The translations under genes were made by a program, and so were the position numbers. Source: a virus (Duplodnaviria; Caudoviricetes). Taken from it: a stretch of 64,000 nucleotides of DNA. How positions within the stretch are numbered: the first letter of the stretch is position 1; every line of letters begins with the position of its first letter. Of the stretch, positions 40,006 through 47,269 are shown piece by piece. The notes below the pieces were generated by a model that was not told where the DNA came from, ran no database searches, and saw nothing but the letters and a program-made list of their open reading frames with translations. The stretch lies in IMG/VR virus record IMGVR_UViG_3300025840_004398; one strand, 5' to 3'.

Positions 40006-40773
40006 ATGAAATATCTTACACAAGAAGAAATCCAACAAATGACCTTTGATTGGAGGTATCGTGGATTTACAACCATTCCATTACTTACAGAAGAAGAATG
40101 TGATGAAATAAACGAAGAAATGGAAAAACTTCGTCAAGAAAGACAATTAACCACCAAAGAAAATGGTGAAGAATGGGGAGAGTGGGACCCATTTATGTAT
40201 CCACATAAACTTTCTCAAAAATTAGAAAAACTTTTTGTTCACCCAAAAATTATAGAAGCTTGTGAATTTTTAATGGAAAGTGAAATAGTTGGTATGCAAA
40301 CTTGGGCATATTTTAAACCACCTGGTCAATTGGGTAGAGATATGCATCAAAATGCTTTCTATACTGGTTGTGGTCATAATGAAATTATCAATATGGCACT
40401 TGCTTTAGATAACCATGATAAAGAAAATGGAGCAGTTTGGAATTTAGAAGGTTCTCATAGATTACCAATACTTCCAATAGAAGTAGATGAAGAAAGAACT
40501 AAAACGAATCCTAAGAATTGGAGAAATGAACGAGGTAAGCCTTGTGTATTACCCGAAGGACATGATTTTAGAAAGGTTGAAGGAGATTGTAAAAAAGGTC
40601 ATATGGTTTTACTTCACTCTCATTGTGTACATGGTTCAGAACCAAACAACTCAAATCGTATGAGAAGAAACTTTTTAGGTGGATATCTCAAAAAAGGTGC
40701 ACATTTCAACCAAGGTTCACATATGAAACGAGAACCTATTGATGTTTACGAATTACAGAAAAAACATTGGTAA
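40006..40773 (+). CDS. Phytanoyl-CoA dioxygenase (PhyH)-family 2OG-Fe(II) oxygenase
   Basis: WRYRGFTTIPLL, FKPPG, HQN, ALD..DKENGAV....GSH, H...VHGS.PN.SNRMRR. Confidence 0.85.
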   Translation: MKYLTQEEIQQMTFDWRYRGFTTIPLLTEEECDEINEEMEKLRQERQLTTKENGEEWGEWDPFMYPHKLSQKLEKLFVHPKIIEACEFLMESEIVGMQTWAYFKPPGQLGRDMHQNAFYTGCGHNEIINMALALDNHDKENGAVWNLEGSHRLPILPIEVDEERTKTNPKNWRNERGKPCVLPEGHDFRKVEGDCKKGHMVLLHSHCVHGSEPNNSNRMRRNFLGGYLKKGAHFNQGSHMKREPIDVYELQKKHW

Positions 40774-40811
40774 AAAAAAACGAAAAAAACTTAAAAAAAG
40801 TTGGGATTTTA

Positions 40812-40843
40812 TTTGGAAGTCTCAACTTTTTTTCGTATATTTA
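40812..40843 (+). promoter_or_regulatory. Bacteroidota-type sigma70 promoter (-33/-7)
   Basis: TTTG-N20-TATATTTA with an A-rich tract upstream. Confidence 0.75.
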
Positions 40844-40890
40844 CTATGTAAATGAGTGATAATAAAGATAAAAATTTAAACCTTAAAGTT

Positions 40891-41514
40891 ATGAGTAAAA
40901 AAATCAAATTTCAATTCCTTGGTGAGACCTTCGAATTACCTTCAAATTCAGTTCAGTACGATAAGTACAACAACAACGAACCTTACATCTACATGAGAGC
41001 TAAGAACGTAGCCTCAGTAATCAAACAATATGTTAAGAAGAAATATGGAAACAGAATCACAGTCTGGTCTACTTCCTCTGTTTATAGTGGTGGTTCATCA
41101 GTTGATGTGAATGTGTGGAGTAAAAATGGTTCACCTGTTCCTTACGAAATCTTCCAAGATATCAACGCTTTTGGTAACTCTTTGAAAGCTGGTTCTTTTG
41201 ATGGTATGTACGATATCTACAATTACAGAGAAGATAAAGTTTCTACTGAAAGTGGAACTCCCCTAAAATACTTCCCTAACTATGTGTTTGTATCTAACAA
41301 ACCAAAATGGGATTCAGTTGAGTATTGGTTATCTGAATGGAAAAACCAAGAAAGACTTGACCAACAAGGTGTTAAAACTTGGGAACAATTCTTAGATGCT
41401 AACAGAACTTACTTCGGTAAAGGTATCGAAGATAGACTTAACAAGTATATGGTTGAGTTGAATAAAGAGTTAAAAAAACTTGGTTATACAGAAAAAGAAC
41501 TTAAAGCTGCCTAA
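40891..41514 (+). CDS. LPD29-like domain protein
   Basis: S.YSGGSSVDV and GSFDGMYDIYNY match LPD29 as I recall it. Start placed at ATG 40891 (AAACCTTAAAGTT-ATG), downstream of the promoter. Confidence 0.6.
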   Translation: MSKKIKFQFLGETFELPSNSVQYDKYNNNEPYIYMRAKNVASVIKQYVKKKYGNRITVWSTSSVYSGGSSVDVNVWSKNGSPVPYEIFQDINAFGNSLKAGSFDGMYDIYNYREDKVSTESGTPLKYFPNYVFVSNKPKWDSVEYWLSEWKNQERLDQQGVKTWEQFLDANRTYFGKGIEDRLNKYMVELNKELKKLGYTEKELKAA

Positions 41515-41515
41515 T

Positions 41516-41734
41516 ATGAAAAACCTACTACAAAGATTAAAACCAGAGATTGTAAAAAATTTATACAATCAACAAAAAGATTATCCTATCTTAGTTGAAG
41601 ATTTATTAAAAATATTATCATCTGAGGTTGCCATCACAAATATGAAATTTGGAGACCTAACTAACTTAGGAAACTTTTGTGAGAAATCACCAAACACAGT
41701 TCTTGAGTTTTATGAAATGTTTGAAAATAATTAG
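41516..41734 (+). CDS. Hypothetical protein
   Basis: In frame with track ORF 41480; ATG directly after the upstream stop. Confidence 0.65.
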   Translation: MKNLLQRLKPEIVKNLYNQQKDYPILVEDLLKILSSEVAITNMKFGDLTNLGNFCEKSPNTVLEFYEMFENN

Positions 41735-41741
41735 AAAAAAG

Positions 41742-41773
41742 TTTGGATAATTCAAATTTTTTTCGTATATTTA
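41742..41773 (+). promoter_or_regulatory. Bacteroidota-type sigma70 promoter (-33/-7)
   Basis: TTTG-N20-TATATTTA; shares 29 bp with the promoter at 40812. Confidence 0.75.
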
Positions 41774-41807
41774 CTATGTAAATGATTAACGATTAAACCT
41801 TAAAGAT

Positions 41808-42143
41808 ATGAATTATTTAATAGAACCTACCGATTTAGTTTTCCGAGCAAAAGGATACATTGATGGTTTTACCGAAATGATTAAAAACGAAGAAATTCCC
41901 CAATGGGATTTATTAGAAACTGCAACTGAAATTGCAGAAGAATGGACAAACGATTGGGATGAGGACCAAGGTTTCGGTGGTTCTGATGGAACTTATATGT
42001 TGAAAGAGTTCATCGATACTGTTATTTGGAGTTTTACCAAAGGTGGTAAATATATGACTGATTTTACTCCTTACCTTTCAGTAGTTCCTTACTCAGAGGC
42101 AAAACACCACGAAAGAGTTCAACGAATGGAAAGTGGAATTTAA
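41808..42143 (+). CDS. Hypothetical protein
   Basis: 111-aa acidic ORF after the promoter. Confidence 0.7.
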   Translation: MNYLIEPTDLVFRAKGYIDGFTEMIKNEEIPQWDLLETATEIAEEWTNDWDEDQGFGGSDGTYMLKEFIDTVIWSFTKGGKYMTDFTPYLSVVPYSEAKHHERVQRMESGI

Positions 42144-42155
42144 ACCCTAAAAGTT

Positions 42156-42443
42156 ATGAGTTATAAAAGATTTAACAGACACGAATTATTTGATAGTTTT
42201 CTAATGGATTGGCACTCAACCACCATTAAAAATGTAACTAACTACATTTGGGAAACTCAAAAAGAAGTTCATTCAGAACTTGAAAATATGTTAAATGGTA
42301 TTTGGGATGGGTATCTTTATGATAACCTACTTACGAAAGCCCTAATCCTTCCTAAAGAAGATTACAGAAGAATCCAAGATACAGTTGATTTAATCAACGA
42401 ACATATCGAGGCAAATGGTGAAAGTGTAACACAAGTATTTTAA
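42156..42443 (+). CDS. Hypothetical protein
   Basis: 95-aa ORF, AAACCCTAAAAGTT-ATG start context. Confidence 0.7.
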   Translation: MSYKRFNRHELFDSFLMDWHSTTIKNVTNYIWETQKEVHSELENMLNGIWDGYLYDNLLTKALILPKEDYRRIQDTVDLINEHIEANGESVTQVF

Positions 42444-42453
42444 ACCCTATATT

Positions 42454-42678
42454 ATGAATAAAATTAGTATTAAAACTCTGAAAGAAATTGAAAACCAATT
42501 CGGTGAATTTGAAATTGGCCAAGTTGGTGGTTCAAAAGATGTATATCTAAGATTTGGTTATTGGAAACAAGTTGATATAACCAAACTACAAGAAGTTTTT
42601 GGTTCTGCAATCAAAGTTGTAGAAGATGAAGATTTCGATGATGATACTGGTTGGAATTATAGTTACAAATTAAAATAG
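42454..42678 (+). CDS. Hypothetical protein
   Basis: 74-aa ORF, AAACCCTATATT-ATG start context. Confidence 0.65.
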   Translation: MNKISIKTLKEIENQFGEFEIGQVGGSKDVYLRFGYWKQVDITKLQEVFGSAIKVVEDEDFDDDTGWNYSYKLK

Positions 42679-42684
42679 TAGATT

Positions 42685-42912
42685 ATGAAAAAAAATGGCA
42701 ATAAGTTTCAATATGAATGTGATTATAAATTGAGTTATAAACAAAGACCTTTTTTATCTCGATTAATAGTTCATGAAAAAGAATATCTAAAAAAACTTGG
42801 TTATTATGATGATGTATTTAAAATACTCGACCAAGGTGGATATGATGAAAAAGATAAAATTTTGTTAAATAAATTAGAACACCCATCAAAAAAACAATAT
42901 ACAAACCTATAA
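42685..42912 (+). CDS. Hypothetical protein
   Basis: 75-aa ORF in a tightly packed run. Confidence 0.6.
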   Translation: MKKNGNKFQYECDYKLSYKQRPFLSRLIVHEKEYLKKLGYYDDVFKILDQGGYDEKDKILLNKLEHPSKKQYTNL

Positions 42913-42915
42913 ATT

Positions 42916-43023
42916 ATGAACGAATACTTAATGGAACTAATGTTAGCAAACACCGATTACACAGAAGAAGAAATTGGTGAAATGGATAATTGGGAAATCA
43001 TGATGTGTTTGGGTTATGAATAA
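42916..43023 (+). CDS. Small hypothetical protein (35 aa; not in ORF track)
   Basis: MNEYLMELMLANTDYTEEEIGEMDNWEIMMCLGYE; fills the gap exactly, AAACCTATAAATT-ATG context. Confidence 0.55.
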   Translation: MNEYLMELMLANTDYTEEEIGEMDNWEIMMCLGYE

Positions 43024-43273
43024 AATATTAACTTTTATATTTTGTTTGATTTTCCTTTCTTCTTGTACAAAAGATTATTGGGATGATTTTGAATGGGGAT
43101 TTGACTATTTAAAAAGAAAAAAAGAAGTAGAAGTAGTAGAAGAATCTCCTTTTGAAAATTTTGGCATTTTACCAGAAAAATTTAAAGAAAATATTGATGG
43201 TGTTTTTCCATATGAAGATGAGGATAGAGATTCTATTTCAATAATAGAAAATGAAAATAATCAAATTAATTAG
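43016..43273 (+). CDS. Small putative lipoprotein
   Basis: MNKILTFIFCLIFLSS-CTKD signal peptide with lipobox. Confidence 0.55.
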   Translation: MNKILTFIFCLIFLSSCTKDYWDDFEWGFDYLKRKKEVEVVEESPFENFGILPEKFKENIDGVFPYEDEDRDSISIIENENNQIN

Positions 43274-43301
43274 GAAAATTAAAATAAATTTATTATCTTT
43301 G
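43270..43301 (+). promoter_or_regulatory. Bacteroidota-type sigma70 promoter (-33/-7)
   Basis: TTAG-N20-TATCTTTG. Confidence 0.65.
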
Positions 43302-43305
43302 TAAA

Positions 43306-43443
43306 ATGACTAAATCAGATTTAACACAATTAGATGGAATGTATTATGTAGGACACCTCATCGATATGGATGGGAGTGGGTATGTAGATGAAGAAACTGC
43401 AGAACTAATACTTATGGAATACAATAATGGTGTATTGGATTAA
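43306..43443 (+). CDS. Small hypothetical protein (45 aa; not in ORF track)
   Basis: MTKSDLTQLDGMYYVGHLIDMDGSGYVDEETAELILMEYNNGVLD, starting 4 nt after the -7 box (possibly leaderless). Confidence 0.5.
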   Translation: MTKSDLTQLDGMYYVGHLIDMDGSGYVDEETAELILMEYNNGVLD

Positions 43444-43924
43444 AAGAAAGTACAGACAAATAGAACGAACCCTTTCATTCCTTCCTCTCATATGGAAAGG
43501 ATATGATTGGGATTATCATTATGCAATAGATTTGTTTCAACATCAACTGAAACGAACAGAAAAGAATATCAGAAAAAACGGTATTCATGTAGGTAATCAG
43601 AATACTGCATCAAGAATCAAAACAGCAGTAGATTTAATGGAGAAAGTTTACAATGATGAATATTCAACAGAACATTATGATTTACTACACGAAAAATATG
43701 GAAAAAATGAATTCATATTTGAAGAAACTGGTGATTTAGATAAAAAAGGAGAACCATATTATAGTGTACGAATTGAATGGGAGAATGCAAGAGATGATAA
43801 ACATAATGAAGAAATAGAAGAAATCAGTAGAAAGATGATGAAAGAATCTCTTAAAAAACAAAAACGAGCTCATAAACTACTTTGGGATTTCATAGAACAT
43901 AATATACAAAATTGGTGGGATTAA
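43427..43924 (+). CDS. Conserved phage hypothetical protein
   Basis: 165 aa; FLPLIWKGYDWDY and terminal IQNWWD pattern. Confidence 0.75.
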   Translation: MVYWIKRKYRQIERTLSFLPLIWKGYDWDYHYAIDLFQHQLKRTEKNIRKNGIHVGNQNTASRIKTAVDLMEKVYNDEYSTEHYDLLHEKYGKNEFIFEETGDLDKKGEPYYSVRIEWENARDDKHNEEIEEISRKMMKESLKKQKRAHKLLWDFIEHNIQNWWD

Positions 43925-45193
43925 ATGATAATAGTAGAAACCAATAAAGAGAAAGACCAATTTCTCGAATATTGGAATAATGAGGAATCAACGATTATTC
44001 CAATTTGGGAAGATTTGGAAAGACATCCTATGAATAATAGGTTGTCATTTTTGTATGTCCGATTTTCAAACTTAGATTTCATTCTACCTTTCAATCACAA
44101 TGATTGCGAATATCTAACTATTGATTTATCTCTTTCCGAACAAAAGAAATGGATTTGGAACAAAAAAGGTTTTTTACAAACCGATATTCAAATTCAAAAC
44201 CTTAAAGATGTTCAAACGGCTCTTTTCTTTGAAAACCATAAGATATATGATTTTAACTCAAAATTAGAACCTCTAACGAACTTTTATACTCGATTGGGTA
44301 TAAGAGATGACTTGGGTAGTTCCCTTCCTATAATGAAGTGGGGTGAACTCCTTCGTGGTATAGTAGATGAATGGAAACTATACGATGTTAATGATTGGGT
44401 TAACGATACGATGATTCCTCTCCTCTCAGATATCGAACGAAGTGGGATTGGGGTCGATAGGGAAAAATTTCTTGATAGATGGCCTTCTAATCTAAAACAC
44501 ATCAAGCCTCACGAACAGGGAGATGTTGTTTATACCGAATACAACCCATATACGATAACTTCAAGACCATCGAATAGACATGGTGGTGTGAACTTTGCAG
44601 CCTTAAACAAAAACGATGGTTCAAGAAATTGTTTTATACCACCCGAAGATTCTCTATTCTTACAATTCGATTACGATGCATACCATGTTCGTATCATAGC
44701 CAAGTTAATCAAGTTTAAATTACCCGAAGGTTCGGTTCACCAATGGTTAGCAGACCAATATGGTTGTTCGTATGATGAATCTAAAGGAAGAACCTTTAGA
44801 ATCCTCTATGGTGGTGTAAATGATGAAGATAGAAAAATTCCATTCTTTGATAAAGTAGATAAGTTTATCAAGAACTTCCAACAAGAATCAATCGAAAGGG
44901 GATATCTACAAACCCCTAAAGGAAGGAAAATTCCTCTTGGGTGGATAGAACAACCCAATGGATTAAAGTTCTTTAATTACTTACTTCAAGCTACTGAAAC
45001 TGAGTTTAATATTGAAGTGATGGAAAAGTTAAGAAAAGAACGACTTCCTCTGCCTGTACTGTACACTTATGATTCATTTTTATTTGAATTTGATGATTCT
45101 GAGGTAGAAACAATTAAAAAGGTTAAATCCGTTCTCGAAAGTTTTGGATTCCCTATTAAAGCCGATTGGGGTTCGGATTATTCAAAGGTTTAA
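43925..45193 (+). CDS. polA: Short family-A DNA polymerase (422 aa)
   Basis: T.SRPSN...NFAAL, motif A FDYDAYH.R, motif B KGRTFRILYG, NY.LQATE, motif C YDS. Confidence 0.8.
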   Translation: MIIVETNKEKDQFLEYWNNEESTIIPIWEDLERHPMNNRLSFLYVRFSNLDFILPFNHNDCEYLTIDLSLSEQKKWIWNKKGFLQTDIQIQNLKDVQTALFFENHKIYDFNSKLEPLTNFYTRLGIRDDLGSSLPIMKWGELLRGIVDEWKLYDVNDWVNDTMIPLLSDIERSGIGVDREKFLDRWPSNLKHIKPHEQGDVVYTEYNPYTITSRPSNRHGGVNFAALNKNDGSRNCFIPPEDSLFLQFDYDAYHVRIIAKLIKFKLPEGSVHQWLADQYGCSYDESKGRTFRILYGGVNDEDRKIPFFDKVDKFIKNFQQESIERGYLQTPKGRKIPLGWIEQPNGLKFFNYLLQATETEFNIEVMEKLRKERLPLPVLYTYDSFLFEFDDSEVETIKKVKSVLESFGFPIKADWGSDYSKV

Positions 45194-45201
45194 TATTTAT
45201 A
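45194..45201 (+). promoter_or_regulatory. Putative late-promoter motif TATTTATA
   Basis: 26 nt before ORF 45228, followed by AAGGA. Confidence 0.5.
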
Positions 45202-45227
45202 TACTGATACAAATATAAGGAAACTAT

Positions 45228-45839
45228 ATGAAATTTATTAAGTTGTTATTTTTACTACTATTAGTAAGTGGTTGTGGTAAAGATGAAATTATTGCACAAC
45301 AATTAAGAGAAGAAGTAATTGTAGAAAACCAAGTATTCAAGGTTTGGTATAACGAAGTTTATGAACAACCTATGAAATTAATTTATACATCGACAAATAG
45401 ACAAAAGGGAGTAGATAGAGGTTCAATGAACTTTTATAAAGAAGATGATGTTCATACATCAGATAATGCTGATTATTATAGAAACGTATGGGATAAAGGA
45501 CATCTTGCTCCAGCTGCAACCTATTCTGATAATATGGAAAATCTAAAACTAACTTTCTCATACCTAAACTGTGCTCTACAAAACCAATATTTAAATCGTG
45601 GTGAGTGGAGATTGTTGGAAGAAGAAGAGAGAAAATGGGATGATGAATCAAACTTAACTGTAACAGTTGAGTTGGTATTTGATGAAGGACATGAAGTACT
45701 TCCAACAGGTGGACATATTCCAACAGATATGATTAAACACATCTACTTTGAAAAAACAGGTTCTTATAGATGTTTTGAATTTGAAAACGAAAAACCAACT
45801 AAAGGTTGGGAAGAACACGAAGTAACACATTCTCATTAA
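45228..45839 (+). CDS. DNA/RNA non-specific endonuclease (NucA/EndA family), predicted lipoprotein
   Basis: DKGHLAPA, TFSYLNCALQ...LNRGEWRLLEE, IPT...K; N-terminal MKFIKLLFLLLLVSG-CGKDE. Confidence 0.85.
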   Translation: MKFIKLLFLLLLVSGCGKDEIIAQQLREEVIVENQVFKVWYNEVYEQPMKLIYTSTNRQKGVDRGSMNFYKEDDVHTSDNADYYRNVWDKGHLAPAATYSDNMENLKLTFSYLNCALQNQYLNRGEWRLLEEEERKWDDESNLTVTVELVFDEGHEVLPTGGHIPTDMIKHIYFEKTGSYRCFEFENEKPTKGWEEHEVTHSH

Positions 45840-45853
45840 TACTTATAGTATAG

Positions 45854-46132
45854 ATGGCTAAGTTATTAACATGGAAAGAATTTTATAATCTCCACAAAGA
45901 TAAAAAACCTTTGGGAGATATTATGAGGGAGTATGATTATTATCTATTACAGAATGATACATACAATCCTTTACAAAATCTTACCTATGATTTTTTACTT
46001 AACTACTATTTACAGACCTTAAAAAATGGTGGAGAAGTTGTAGAAATACCTACTCAGGCATCAGAAGGATTTATACTACAAGAAAACGGAGATTATCTTC
46101 TTCAAGAAAATGGAGATAGAATTTATTTATAA
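45854..46132 (+). CDS. Hypothetical protein with C-terminal LQENGD duplication
   Basis: ...FILQENGDYLLQENGDRIYL; TACTTATA motif at 45840-45847. Confidence 0.65.
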   Translation: MAKLLTWKEFYNLHKDKKPLGDIMREYDYYLLQNDTYNPLQNLTYDFLLNYYLQTLKNGGEVVEIPTQASEGFILQENGDYLLQENGDRIYL

Positions 46133-47268
46133 TGGCTAACAAGAGAATAACAGAATTAAACACCCATACCTCACCTCAATTAAGTGATTTAATTGCTATT
46201 GTCAATAGTAATGAAACTAAAAAAATTGCGTATGGTACTCTTTACTATGGTATTAGAGATGGTTTAGTTTCTGGTTCTTCTCAAATTACTTTAGGTGATA
46301 CTAATGGATTTACCGAATTTTCATCTTCATTATCAGCTTCTATTGCTGCAGGAACAAACGAACAAGACCTTTCTAATTACGCACTCATTAGTGGTGGTAA
46401 TGATTTTATTGGTAACCAAACCCTAACAGGTTCTCTTTTCGTAAGTGGTGGAGTGGAGTTAGGTGGTGATATTTTTCCAAAAACACCTCAAGGTGCAACA
46501 TTAGGAACTGTTGATAAACCATTTGCAGATTTATTTATTCAATCGGGTTCTATTTCTATTGAATCAGATACACCTGGTGACCCATCTGCTATTATTTCTA
46601 ATAACAATGGTAACTTGGAAATATCAGTTGGAGGTATGTTACTTGTTGAATATGGTTCATCCTTTATTGCACCAACTGGTTCTTTTGATAAGATATCAGC
46701 TGATTTACAAGAAGGATATATGTGGGTTGGTGATAGTAGTAACAAGAATACTCCAATACCAACAGGTTCATTTGTACAAACATCTCAAACAGGTTCTTTT
46801 GTTCAATCAGCTTATATTTCACTTTATTCAACACAATCACAACAATTAGTTGAATCAGGTTCTGCACAACCTGTAACTTATTCTAATGTTTGGACACAGA
46901 GGGGAGTAAGTTTAGTTTCGGGTTCTCAAATTGTAATGGAGAAAGCAGGAACTTATCAGTTTAATTTTGTTGCCCAAATTACAAATACTGAAAACGCAGT
47001 ACATGATTCTTACTTTTGGATAAAGTATAATGGAAGTAACTTTCCAAATTCATCAACTCAAATGTCTTTATTAGCAAGAAAGAACGATAGTACCCCATCT
47101 GCTCAATTGATGACGGTGAATATAGTTGGAGTTGCTCAAAACGATGGGGATTATATTGAATTATATTGGACAGGTGATAGTGATACTATACGACTAAATG
47201 AAACTCCTAGTGATGGAGTTAAACCAGAAACACCTTCAGTAATTGCAAACATAATAAGAGTAGGATAA
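46132..47268 (+). CDS. Short fibre-like protein with C1q/BclA-like C-terminal domain
   Basis: MANKRITEL...IAIV...ETKKI start; PVTY...GVSL....IVM.KAGTYQFNF...GDYIELYW. Confidence 0.6.
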   Translation: MANKRITELNTHTSPQLSDLIAIVNSNETKKIAYGTLYYGIRDGLVSGSSQITLGDTNGFTEFSSSLSASIAAGTNEQDLSNYALISGGNDFIGNQTLTGSLFVSGGVELGGDIFPKTPQGATLGTVDKPFADLFIQSGSISIESDTPGDPSAIISNNNGNLEISVGGMLLVEYGSSFIAPTGSFDKISADLQEGYMWVGDSSNKNTPIPTGSFVQTSQTGSFVQSAYISLYSTQSQQLVESGSAQPVTYSNVWTQRGVSLVSGSQIVMEKAGTYQFNFVAQITNTENAVHDSYFWIKYNGSNFPNSSTQMSLLARKNDSTPSAQLMTVNIVGVAQNDGDYIELYWTGDSDTIRLNETPSDGVKPETPSVIANIIRVG

Positions 47269-47269
47269 T

